From the sequence record NC_041953.1: DNA of 57,899 bases. One strand, given 5' to 3'. Position numbers and translations under genes: made by a program. The notes under the pieces are model-generated. The model did not search any database and was not told the DNA's origin. It saw nothing but the letters and a program-made list of their open reading frames with translations. This document shows, piece after piece, positions 36,566 through 45,314 of the stretch (position 1 is its first letter; every line of letters begins with the position of its first letter). The DNA comes from Pseudomonas phage PaMx25.

Positions 36566-38341
36566 TTAGAACGGAATATCATCGTCCAGATCCGCATAGC
36601 TGGTCGGTTCGCTTGCCCGTTGATCCTCAAGCGGTGCGCTGTGGTGCGTCTGCACGCTGGGGCCTTCGTCGCCGTCACTTGCTTCCTGAGTGCCGAACGC
36701 TGTGCCATCAAAGCACGTCGCAAGGATTTCCGGATACTTCTTGTTGATCCAGACTCTCAGGTGCGTGGGCGTGCGTACCCTGTCGGCACGCTCCAGCGCT
36801 TCCGCTGTAGTGCTGGGCATCGGCTCGTCGCTACGCGCACGCCACCAGTCGCGCGCCTTCTTGCCCGCATAGTTCGTATGCTCGACACAGACGAACTCTT
36901 CGAACATCCGATACCCGCAATAGTAGGTGGCCTTCATCATTGGAGGCCTGCCCTCCTTCTTGTGCTCGATATAGGTGATGTGATCCACCTTGAACACTTC
37001 GACGACGGGCATGTCACCCTTGATCAGCTCCGCGGTGCTGGCACCCTGCTTCAGCTTGGTCTGGAACTTGAATTCGTATGTGCAGTTCGAACCGTCAGGC
37101 ATCAGGCCATTGCACCAGCGCAGGCTGGCATGAACCCATGTGCGGCAGCACGGGCATTCCTTGACAGGCGCATCTCCGCCTTTCTCACCCTTGCGACGAG
37201 GAACCACAGGGTCATTGATCGGCCCGAGCCTGCGCGTGTTGTTCGCAAAGTCGAGCACCAGGCAATTCTCCTTCCCTGTCCAAGGGCTTGGGCGCGTACC
37301 ACGGCCAAGCATCTGCACCCATAACACAGCTGACGCGGTAGGCCTCAGACAGAGGATCAGGTCAATGGCTGGGAAGTCAAAACCTGTGGTCAGCACGTTG
37401 TTATTCACTGCCGCGCGGTACTTCCCAGCCTTGAAGTCCCTGATCGCATTGTCGCGTTCCTTGTCACCCATCTTGGAGTGAATCGCGACAGTCGGGATCC
37501 CCATGTCATTCATGATCTCGGCGGTGTGGATAGCATGTTCCACACCGGCAGCGAACACCAGCCAGTGATTCCGGTTCCAGCCTAGCTCCAGCGCCTCCTT
37601 GACCGCTGCGACTGTGATGTCCATCTTATCGACAGCCGTTTGCAGCTCGCTCGCTATGAACTCGCCGCCGCGCATATGAACGCCATCCACTTCCAACTTC
37701 GTCACAGTGCTCTTGGGCACCAGCGGCGCAAGGAAGCCCTCTGCGATGAGCCGGTTGAATGCCTCGATGCCTGTGATGTCGAAACAGATGTCCGTGAATA
37801 GGCCTGGAACTTCTTCACCCTTGTCGTTCTTCACAGGATCGGTCAGCTTCCCGTGCCCAAGCCGCCACGGGGTAGCAGTCAAACCGATCACCTTCAAGTT
37901 CGGGTTGATGCTCATGAGGCCCGACAGGAACGTCTGATACATGGTCGCTTCGCTGGGGCTTACGAGGTGCGCTTCGTCAATGATGACAAGATCCACATGG
38001 CCAAACATGGCCCACTTCTTAGCGACCGAACCGATACCAGCAAAGGTGATGGGCGCATGCACGTCCCGTCGGTTCAGGCCTGCGCTATACACACCAGCGG
38101 GCGCGAACGCCCACAAGCCCATCAGCTTCTCATAGTTCTGTTGAATCAGCTCCTTGACGTGAGTAAGGATCATCACCCGCTGGTTCGGGTAATACTTGAA
38201 CACCGATTCCAGGAACATCGCGATCACAACGCTCTTACCCGTACCCGTGGGCATAGCGACAACAGGGTTCCCCGTGTTGTTCCCGAAGTAAGTATAGATC
38301 GCGCTGACCGCTTCGACCTGATAGCTTCGAGCTTGGATCAT
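36566..38341 (-). CDS. SF2 DEAD/DEAH-box helicase with C-terminal zinc finger
   Basis: ATG 38341 (ATGA overlap with upstream nuclease); Walker A AMPTGTGKS, motif II IIDEAHLVS, motif VI QMLGRGTR; C-terminal CPCCRTW...C. Confidence 0.75.
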   Translation of the reverse strand: MIQARSYQVEAVSAIYTYFGNNTGNPVVAMPTGTGKSVVIAMFLESVFKYYPNQRVMILTHVKELIQQNYEKLMGLWAFAPAGVYSAGLNRRDVHAPITFAGIGSVAKKWAMFGHVDLVIIDEAHLVSPSEATMYQTFLSGLMSINPNLKVIGLTATPWRLGHGKLTDPVKNDKGEEVPGLFTDICFDITGIEAFNRLIAEGFLAPLVPKSTVTKLEVDGVHMRGGEFIASELQTAVDKMDITVAAVKEALELGWNRNHWLVFAAGVEHAIHTAEIMNDMGIPTVAIHSKMGDKERDNAIRDFKAGKYRAAVNNNVLTTGFDFPAIDLILCLRPTASAVLWVQMLGRGTRPSPWTGKENCLVLDFANNTRRLGPINDPVVPRRKGEKGGDAPVKECPCCRTWVHASLRWCNGLMPDGSNCTYEFKFQTKLKQGASTAELIKGDMPVVEVFKVDHITYIEHKKEGRPPMMKATYYCGYRMFEEFVCVEHTNYAGKKARDWWRARSDEPMPSTTAEALERADRVRTPTHLRVWINKKYPEILATCFDGTAFGTQEASDGDEGPSVQTHHSAPLEDQRASEPTSYADLDDDIPF

Positions 38342-39273
38342 CCGAACACCTTCCGCGGAACGTACTCTCCACAGCCAACGAGCTGCACCTCTTTTGAGAT
38401 CACTTCGTTGGCACCTTCGCCCATAGGTTGGACAGGCCTGTTGCAGATCCACTTGGCACCTTCAGCGGGTTCGCTGTAAGCGCACGTCCGGCAGTTCTTA
38501 TCCGGAGCAGCCTTGAGGTGGCAGACTGGCCTGTGGTCACACCATCTGCACTTGAAGAATCCGGGGGACTCGTTCAGCTTGTTCGGGGGCTCGGGCATCC
38601 AGACGATCTTCTCTCCGCGATCTAAGAACTGATCCGCCACCGCGCTATCCAGAGGAATGATCTCACCGTAGAGCTCGTCATTGTTCTTATTGACTGCAAG
38701 GTACAGCGCCACAGCGATGCCCATCTTGCGCATATACACGTTCATCTGAACGTAGTGTTCGAACTTGGCGTCACGCACACCCTTGGCCTTCAGCTCGGTG
38801 AAGGACTTATCGTTGTGAGTCTTGAACTCACTTAGCGCAGCAGTGCCAGGAGGAAGATCGGGCAAGCCTATGACCACACCGTCTCCGCTGCCTCCGAAGT
38901 GGCCCTCCGCGTGAGAGATACGGAACTGGTTCCCGTTCTCGTCCTGCTGATACACTTCGCAACCGATCATCAGCAGCATTGCGATGAAACGTGCTTCCTC
39001 CAGGTGTCCGCGATTGAACAAGCGCAGCAGGCGGCCCTCAAAGTTCGATTTCGTTGCCCAGCGGAAGTTATACCAGATCGCGCGAGCACATTCCCCGCCA
39101 ATGAGCGATGCGCCCATGTGCGAGCGGTGCCCCTCGTTGCCCGTGCGGTATGCGTCACCGATGTGCCCGATCACCTTTCCGAGCCACTCACGGAAGGCAG
39201 ACCCTTGATCCGCCTTCACCATTGCGTCAATCTTTGCGACAGTGTGCGTCGCGAGAATTACATTAGGCATCAC
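38338..39273 (-). CDS. PD-(D/E)xK nuclease (Cas4/RecB-like exonuclease) with C-terminal Cys cluster
   Basis: GASLIGGECARAIWY, GLPDLPP...SEFKT (D...E.K) core and CRWCDHRPVCH...CRTC cluster. Confidence 0.6.
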   Translation of the reverse strand: MMPNVILATHTVAKIDAMVKADQGSAFREWLGKVIGHIGDAYRTGNEGHRSHMGASLIGGECARAIWYNFRWATKSNFEGRLLRLFNRGHLEEARFIAMLLMIGCEVYQQDENGNQFRISHAEGHFGGSGDGVVIGLPDLPPGTAALSEFKTHNDKSFTELKAKGVRDAKFEHYVQMNVYMRKMGIAVALYLAVNKNNDELYGEIIPLDSAVADQFLDRGEKIVWMPEPPNKLNESPGFFKCRWCDHRPVCHLKAAPDKNCRTCAYSEPAEGAKWICNRPVQPMGEGANEVISKEVQLVGCGEYVPRKVFG

Positions 39274-39297
39274 GCCTCCTTATGTGACTCAGATGGC

Positions 39298-39495
39298 TTA
39301 GGGGAGCTTGAGCAAGTCCCGGCACCGTCCGCAGTGCCCGCCAACCAGTCGTTCGAAGTGTTCGTCACAGTGCTTGCAGATACCAGGCACACCCTTGGGC
39401 ATGTTCGCCGCTCTTGCGCTTATCTCCCGAATATGCGCCTCATCCAGCACTTCCGCGTCTTTGAGTGCGCGGTCAGCATCATCTGCCATTATCAC
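39298..39495 (-). CDS. TraR/DksA-type C4 zinc-finger protein
   Basis: 65 aa; GICKHCDEHFERLVGGHCGRC matches CxxC-x17-CxxC spacing of the DksA/TraR finger. Confidence 0.45.
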   Translation of the reverse strand: MIMADDADRALKDAEVLDEAHIREISARAANMPKGVPGICKHCDEHFERLVGGHCGRCRDLLKLP

Positions 39496-39551
39496 ATCTC
39501 CTCGGAAAAAGAGGGCACACCCTTTCGAGTGCGCCCTCCATGCTGATCAGC

Positions 39552-40394
39552 TTACTGCTGAGGTTGAGCCCAGGGCGGGGTGGCGGTCTGCGGATTGAAA
39601 CCCGCCGGCGCTGCCTGCTGGGGTGCCGGAGCGGCTTGCTGGGGAGCAGGCTGCTGAACCGGAGCTTGCTGCTGGGGCGCTTGCTGCCAGGGCTGGGCCG
39701 CTGCGGGCTGCTGCCAGGGCTGCTGGGCCGGTGCAGCTTGCGCCGGGGCCTGTTGCGGCTGGGGTGCCGGTTGCTGGGCCGGGGCTTGCTGCCACGGCTG
39801 CTGCGGAGCGGCCTGGGGTGCGGGCGCTTGCTGCTGTGCGGGCTGCTGCCACGGTTGCTGTGCGGGTGCCTGCTGGGGCGCAGCTTGCGGAGCGAAACCG
39901 CCTTGCGGGGCACCGAAGCCCGGAGGCATGCCACCAGCCGGCGCACCGCTGAAGCCACCTGCCGGAGCGGCAGCCTGGGAGCCCATATCGACCTGCTCGT
40001 TGATGTTCTTGATCGAGCTGATCTCGTTGGAGTCCTCATACTGACCGGAGGTGTCCTTGCGGAGCTTCACCTTGATCTTCATGGGCAGGCCGTGCAGCTG
40101 GCTGGAGTCCTGGACGTGCAGAACGCCGACAGCGTGCGCGATCGCCGACAGTTGCTTGTAGGCGATTTCCTGGGCCACCGGATTGGTGTTGCGCAGGTTC
40201 AGGCGCATGTAGATCTTGCGGTTGGCGTACTGGCCGTCGATGATGTTGAAACGGGTCTGGAGGTAAGCACCGGAACCGTCCTTGGTCGGTTTCATTTCCG
40301 ACTCGTCGATCATCGCGTTGTACCAGCCCGCGGGGACGGTCTCGAAGCCGAGATCGGGGGCGACTTGGGTTGCATCAAAGTTCAATTGTGCCAT
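39552..40394 (-). CDS. SSB-like/DUF669-like N-terminal domain protein with Pro/Gln-rich PWQQ repeat tail
   Basis: N-terminal ~110 aa globular region (MAQLNFDATQVAPDLGFETVPAGWYNAMI...) then ~150 aa of (A)PQQ(P)WQQ repeats; adjacent to the Sak4-like ATPase. Confidence 0.45.
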   Translation of the reverse strand: MAQLNFDATQVAPDLGFETVPAGWYNAMIDESEMKPTKDGSGAYLQTRFNIIDGQYANRKIYMRLNLRNTNPVAQEIAYKQLSAIAHAVGVLHVQDSSQLHGLPMKIKVKLRKDTSGQYEDSNEISSIKNINEQVDMGSQAAAPAGGFSGAPAGGMPPGFGAPQGGFAPQAAPQQAPAQQPWQQPAQQQAPAPQAAPQQPWQQAPAQQPAPQPQQAPAQAAPAQQPWQQPAAAQPWQQAPQQQAPVQQPAPQQAAPAPQQAAPAGFNPQTATPPWAQPQQ

Positions 40395-40398
40395 GGCA

Positions 40399-41124
40399 TT
40401 AAGCTCCTAGGATTTTGGCAAAACACGCACTGAGGAAAGGAGGTTCCAACGGAGCGAGTGCGCCACTCCGATCCTTTGCTTCGAATTGCAGATCGGGTTG
40501 AGTCTGCAAGAATCGATAGGTTTCGCCCTGAGGCGTCTTATTGACGCCCAGGCGGAAGACTTCATCAAAGAAGTACGGGATCTTCGAACCCAGCTTGGAA
40601 CCGGGCATCGACGGGCCGTACTTGACCACACCAGTCATCTCGTCCTTCATGGGCTCCATCTTGGCAGCCACATAGACGTTCTTCCCGGGCAGGTCGCGGA
40701 ACAGGCGGATGAGCGTCTCCATCTTTTCGATCAGCTCACCGTAAGCCTGGCGCGGGTCTTTGACCTGCCGCTTAGCATTGTTGAGCACAACCTCTGCGAT
40801 TTCAGAGATGCTGTCTAGACCGACGCTTGCGAATTGCTTCGCTTCCGCGCTTCGAGCGCACCACTCATAGGCGTCCGTCAGGTCTTGCACGTTCGTCACG
40901 GTGATGATGGGCATGTTGTAACAGATGTTCGGGTTGCCCACACCGAACAGACGCTCCAGGTTAGCCTTGCGGAGCGACAGCACACCGGACTCGGCGCTGA
41001 TCAGTACGGGGGCAGGCAAGGTGGCCGACAGAACTGTCTTCCCCATACCTGCACCGCCATAGACCAGCGCCTTCACTCCGGAGAGCTGTGACGCCTGCTC
41101 AGCTGTGGTGAATTGCAAAGCCAT
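40399..41124 (-). CDS. Sak4-like RecA-fold ATPase (AAA_24 family)
   Basis: Walker A VYGGAGMGKT, Walker B-like hydrophobic-D (VGLDSISE), 241 aa; typical phage recombination-module ATPase. Confidence 0.7.
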   Translation of the reverse strand: MALQFTTAEQASQLSGVKALVYGGAGMGKTVLSATLPAPVLISAESGVLSLRKANLERLFGVGNPNICYNMPIITVTNVQDLTDAYEWCARSAEAKQFASVGLDSISEIAEVVLNNAKRQVKDPRQAYGELIEKMETLIRLFRDLPGKNVYVAAKMEPMKDEMTGVVKYGPSMPGSKLGSKIPYFFDEVFRLGVNKTPQGETYRFLQTQPDLQFEAKDRSGALAPLEPPFLSACFAKILGA

Positions 41125-42014
41125 CAGCCTTCTCCTTTGTCAAACTCGTCGGCGAGCTTTTGCAGCCGACCCCGTACTTCTTCAACTTCTTTGCAGCGTT
41201 CGTTCCAAAGGCTGAACTCTACCAGACTTTCAACTTCTTTGCTCACGAGACGATGCAGGTATTGCGGGCTGAGCGCATCGAGCTCCCAGCTTTCCTCACC
41301 GTACTGCGCCCGATAGGACTCATAACGGCTGTCAGTGACCTTGGCAGGGTTAGGCGGAGGGTTCTGCTCCTCAACCTGATCCATGTTCAAGGCCAGCCTG
41401 CGGAAGTCAATGCTCACGCGATGCCTGCTGAACAGCTCGAGGCGTTCGTGCAGGTCGCGCGACATGTCGATGCCGCTCGGGTCATGGTCTCCAAGGTGCA
41501 AGACCACAATTTCCTGGCTTGCCCGCATTATACGGGTCTTGGCCAGCTCGCGCAACGTGGTGGCGCTAGGATATCCACGAGCCGGAAGGAGCGGAACATC
41601 CCATTCCTTGCAGGTGCGTTCCAGCACACCGGCCAGAGCTTCCTTCTCCACCACGACGATGACGCGGTTCGGTTGATCCGACCACAGATCTTCATGATAG
41701 CTCTGCGCGCACGCTTGCAGAATGTCGCTACCGCTGGACCAGTGCGAGCGCTCAAGAATGCCGCGCGTGCGGTCTTCGATGGCGTCCCAGTCGATAAGAC
41801 CAGCGAGGCGGGCATTCGTCATCAGCGCGACGATGTTGTCGTAACTGCGCACGGTGTTCTCGATATGCCCGCGCGCCACGAGTTGATAGTAAAGCTGGCG
41901 GATCGTCAGTCGGTAGCCCTGCCCATTGTAGTCTGTGACGATTTCGTCACAGAGTGCAATCAGCTTGAGCGACGCCTTATGAAACCGCGGAGCGTCGATG
42001 TAGGCTTCCTTCAC
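41124..42014 (-). CDS. Spo11/Topoisomerase VI subunit A-like protein (mini-A-like: winged helix + Toprim only)
   Basis: TIRQLYYQLV (RxxYY catalytic-Tyr motif of 5Y-CAP), Toprim Glu in VVVEKEALAGV and DxD in LGDHDPSGIDM; only 296 aa, no TopoVI-B partner. Confidence 0.55.
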   Translation of the reverse strand: MKEAYIDAPRFHKASLKLIALCDEIVTDYNGQGYRLTIRQLYYQLVARGHIENTVRSYDNIVALMTNARLAGLIDWDAIEDRTRGILERSHWSSGSDILQACAQSYHEDLWSDQPNRVIVVVEKEALAGVLERTCKEWDVPLLPARGYPSATTLRELAKTRIMRASQEIVVLHLGDHDPSGIDMSRDLHERLELFSRHRVSIDFRRLALNMDQVEEQNPPPNPAKVTDSRYESYRAQYGEESWELDALSPQYLHRLVSKEVESLVEFSLWNERCKEVEEVRGRLQKLADEFDKGEG

Positions 42015-42283
42015 GATTCGATCTCCAAGTCAATCTGGAGCACGGAACCGCAATGCGGGCAGCTCACTTCGTTGTCGCCTTCCTGCAAGTCTTGCAGTTG
42101 GCCAGCCTGGTGCTCGAGCTGCACTTGCTCCGGCGTGCCATACACGCGGGATTCGAAGCGGTTGAGCAGCGTGCGCAGCGGGCCGTTCAGATTCGGATAG
42201 TAGTGCTCGACGTGCCGGATCAATTCCTCGTCGGAGAAATTACCAATGATGGGCGGCACTTGAGCAGCGGACTTGATTTTCAT
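42011..42283 (-). CDS. small zinc-ribbon protein
   Basis: 90 aa, CPHCG motif near C-terminus; translationally coupled with neighbours. Confidence 0.35.
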   Translation of the reverse strand: MKIKSAAQVPPIIGNFSDEELIRHVEHYYPNLNGPLRTLLNRFESRVYGTPEQVQLEHQAGQLQDLQEGDNEVSCPHCGSVLQIDLEIES

Positions 42284-43182
42284 TTCGCTTCTCCCATGTC
42301 AAGAGGGTTGCGGAAGCCCAGGAACACGGGAAAGCGCGGGGCTTCCTTCACGCCAACCTCGAAATGCTTGTACTTGGCAATCTTGCCCGCCAGCGTGCCA
42401 GCCAGCCACATGGCCCACAGCTCCGCACGCTGCGCCGCCGTGTAGCCCGTACCGATATTGAACTCGATACCTGTGGTCAAGTCACGCACCTTCAGCGCCC
42501 CCAGCGTGCCCATAGGCACCTTGCCGTCCTGATGGGAACTGCGCTTCGTGTAGCCGAGCTCATCGAGCGTCGCTTCGTTGGCATTGTGCATGAGCTCTTC
42601 CACACCGATGACCACAGCTTCCGAGTCTGCGAAGCGCTTCACCTTGAGCAGATAGCCCTCACGCGCGGTGCTGCGACCGAACTTGTAGATGCCCTTCGGG
42701 TCACGGATCATGACGCCCTCGAACCCTTGCTCCAGCGTGATCGTCTCGAACGCATGGAGCTCTTGTTCGTTATGAACGAGCGTCTGCTTGAGCAGCCTGA
42801 TCCGCGGGTAGTTACCCAGCGCACCGTCTTTGAAGGCACGCTCCATCAGGCGCAAGCGCTCACCATAGGGCATCTTGGCATCGGTGAAGAAGTCAAACAC
42901 CCAAAAGGTGAAGTCGGGTTCCCCGTCCCGCGACATGACGCCGCTGGTCGTTGCCTGCATCACGTTCTTGTCGTTTGCTGGGCCCACCGTGAGCTCACCG
43001 TCCAGCCCGTTGAACAGGGCTTGCCCAAGGTAGTCTTGGACGAACCCGTTCGGGATGGGTTTCATGGTGCGCGACATCGCCATGTCTTCGTTGATGACAG
43101 AGCGGATGCCGTCCAGCTTGGCACTAGCATAGACAGGGAACTTGATTTCCTTCGGTGCTTCCACCGCGAGCATGGGCTTCAT
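42280..43182 (-). CDS. ATP-dependent DNA ligase
   Basis: ATG 43182; motif I KLDGIR, motif III FEGVMIRD, motif IV EGYLLK, motif V LKVK. Confidence 0.8.
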   Translation of the reverse strand: MKPMLAVEAPKEIKFPVYASAKLDGIRSVINEDMAMSRTMKPIPNGFVQDYLGQALFNGLDGELTVGPANDKNVMQATTSGVMSRDGEPDFTFWVFDFFTDAKMPYGERLRLMERAFKDGALGNYPRIRLLKQTLVHNEQELHAFETITLEQGFEGVMIRDPKGIYKFGRSTAREGYLLKVKRFADSEAVVIGVEELMHNANEATLDELGYTKRSSHQDGKVPMGTLGALKVRDLTTGIEFNIGTGYTAAQRAELWAMWLAGTLAGKIAKYKHFEVGVKEAPRFPVFLGFRNPLDMGEAK

Positions 43183-43183
43183 C

Positions 43184-43924
43184 TTAACCTCCGAGACGGC
43201 GATACTTGTCATAGAGCGCCATACTGTTCGGCAGGTACTGGCGCAGCAGCTGATCAATGGCCTGTGCGTAGCGCTGCGCCTCGATCTGTGCGTGGCTGTG
43301 GTCACGCAAGCGCAGGAAGTTCAGCATGTTATGCAGGTCTTGCTTCCAGAGCCAGTGTGTGTAGTGGTTGAGGTGCAGCAGCGTCCGCGCATGCTCGGCA
43401 GCGACACCGCGTTCCAGAGCTTCCTGATACAGGCTATAGGACAGCTCGCACTGGCTATGCAGCACACGACGGAACCATTCCTGAGTCGGCTTGTCCAGGT
43501 TGTCTTCCTGCCCCTGCTTCTTGTTGGCAGCCTTACCGCCCACGACTTCCGGAACGTACCATTCCGCCGGGAGCTGCACATAGCGACCGCTCACCTCGTT
43601 GATGGTAGCGGTGCGGTGGCGCACGAACTGACGGGCAACGAAGATAGGCATCTTCATCTCCAGCCAGATTTCAACCATCTCGAACGGGCTGGTGTGCCAG
43701 TTGCGCATCAGGTAGTCTGCCAGCTTCAGATCGGCTTCGCGGGTGCGTTCGCTGTCCATCTGGTCGAACGACATGCGAGCGGATTGTGCCGGATCGATAT
43801 CGTCAGCGTCGAACGGTGCGTCCGGACGACGGTTCGGGCCCGACATGTTGCGCAGGGCCACGAACCCGTGATCCAGGACGTCCAGAGCGATGGCGCCCTT
43901 GCCTTCGTAATTCGGTTGATTCAT
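43184..43924 (-). CDS. thyX: flavin-dependent thymidylate synthase ThyX
   Basis: RHRTATINEVSGRY (RHRxxxxxxxSxRY ThyX signature). Confidence 0.85.
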   Translation of the reverse strand: MNQPNYEGKGAIALDVLDHGFVALRNMSGPNRRPDAPFDADDIDPAQSARMSFDQMDSERTREADLKLADYLMRNWHTSPFEMVEIWLEMKMPIFVARQFVRHRTATINEVSGRYVQLPAEWYVPEVVGGKAANKKQGQEDNLDKPTQEWFRRVLHSQCELSYSLYQEALERGVAAEHARTLLHLNHYTHWLWKQDLHNMLNFLRLRDHSHAQIEAQRYAQAIDQLLRQYLPNSMALYDKYRRLGG

Positions 43925-44388
43925 TGCATCTCCAATTGAACACGGGCGCGAGCCCTTCTCATTGCTTCTTTGGCGCGCTTGTCACACAGATGGTTCGTAA
44001 CGAACCGCGCCTCCTTCTTGCCTGTGTGCCCCTTTACATGCCGGAACACGATTCTCAGGCTATGGTCGGAACGCAGGCGGCGAAGCACCTTCACCGCTTC
44101 CCATTCCTGGGCAGGCAGATTCCTTCGCTTACCCTCGAATGCATCGATTGCAGCCATGCAGTCAGTCTGGATAAGAACTTCGTCCGCTGCCTGCACAAGC
44201 TGGAGGCTGTGCGCAATGTAGAGGGCATTCACTACCGCTTGCATCTCTGCTGCGATGTTACCCTCCACACGACATTTCATCTCACCGCCTCCACCTTGTT
44301 TGCCGCGTTCGGATGCGATCCAATACCCATAGCCGGCGACGTTCGTGTCTGGACAGAACGAAGCGTCAGCTATGATTGTCACCCGCAT
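43921..44388 (-). CDS. RNase H-like nuclease
   Basis: ATG 44388 (MRVTIIADASF...) with conserved acidic residues spaced as in the RNase H fold and a C-terminal HVKGHTG...N..D; track ORF extends upstream from a GTG. Confidence 0.55.
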   Translation of the reverse strand: MRVTIIADASFCPDTNVAGYGYWIASERGKQGGGGEMKCRVEGNIAAEMQAVVNALYIAHSLQLVQAADEVLIQTDCMAAIDAFEGKRRNLPAQEWEAVKVLRRLRSDHSLRIVFRHVKGHTGKKEARFVTNHLCDKRAKEAMRRARARVQLEMQ

Positions 44389-44818
44389 TCTGTGCCCCCG
44401 CTGCCGCACGTTTCTTCGGGAGCACGATTTCCAGTGCAGGCGAACCGGGCTTCACGATCAAGCACTGGTCGAAGAGCTGGATCTGCTCGGCCGTCAGCTC
44501 GCGGTATTCCTTGAGCTTGAGTGAAGGCTTCCACTGGACCATGGCGTCGGGGTGGATGCCGGCCTGGGAGAACTGCTCGCGCATCGCTTGGAACGCACCA
44601 GGATCCACCTCACGGTTGATGGTGTGCTTACCCTTGAGCACATAGCCGTCCGGAAGATCATAGCTGTTCGTTCCTTCAACAGGCGAGGCGAAGAAGTACC
44701 CGAAGATCTTGGTGCGGAGAAGCATCTCGCGCGCCTTCACCTTCTTGAGTTCTTCCTGGAGCTTGTACCACTCGGCGAGATCCGCCTGAGTGACTTGGTT
44801 TTCAGGAATGAGCGTCAT
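44366..44818 (-). CDS. hypothetical protein
   Basis: 150 aa, operon context only. Confidence 0.4.
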   Translation of the reverse strand: MTLIPENQVTQADLAEWYKLQEELKKVKAREMLLRTKIFGYFFASPVEGTNSYDLPDGYVLKGKHTINREVDPGAFQAMREQFSQAGIHPDAMVQWKPSLKLKEYRELTAEQIQLFDQCLIVKPGSPALEIVLPKKRAAAGAQNAGDNHS

Positions 44819-44826
44819 GGCTGTGG

Positions 44827-45219
44827 TTACTCCTTCGGCATACCGATGAAGCTGCGCTCACCCGCCTTGTCGGCGCGCTCTTGCGCGTGCTTGTCGCTGT
44901 AGCTGCCGGAACTGTAGCGCTTGGACAGCTTGGCGATATTGTGCGCCAGGACTTCTTCACGGGTGATGCCCAAGCCCTGGCGAAGGCCTTCCATGTAAAA
45001 CTCCAGGTCGCCCATCTCTTCGATCACGTTTTCACGGTCGATGGGCTTGCGGTAGATCGCAGCCTTCTTGACCGCATCCAACAGCTCGCCAGCTTCACCG
45101 CTGATGCCGACTGCCATGTGCAGCGCGTGAGCATCTTCAGCGGTCAGGCTGGCAACGATGTCCGCGCCCGGCTTGGCCAGTGCGGTCACCAGTTCGGGGT
45201 GAGTGATCTTACTTTCCAT
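44827..45219 (-). CDS. MazG-like nucleotide pyrophosphohydrolase
   Basis: EAGELLDAVKK...VIEEMGDLEFY all-alpha NTP-PPase motifs (EExGE / EE.GD). Confidence 0.7.
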   Translation of the reverse strand: MESKITHPELVTALAKPGADIVASLTAEDAHALHMAVGISGEAGELLDAVKKAAIYRKPIDRENVIEEMGDLEFYMEGLRQGLGITREEVLAHNIAKLSKRYSSGSYSDKHAQERADKAGERSFIGMPKE

Positions 45220-45314
45220 CAGGTTTCTCCTGTACGTGGTTGAACTGCATGAGCGTTAATGTAACGCAACGAACGCGAGCCGGCAAGCCCATTTTCTGGA
45301 TATTTTGCATCGAC

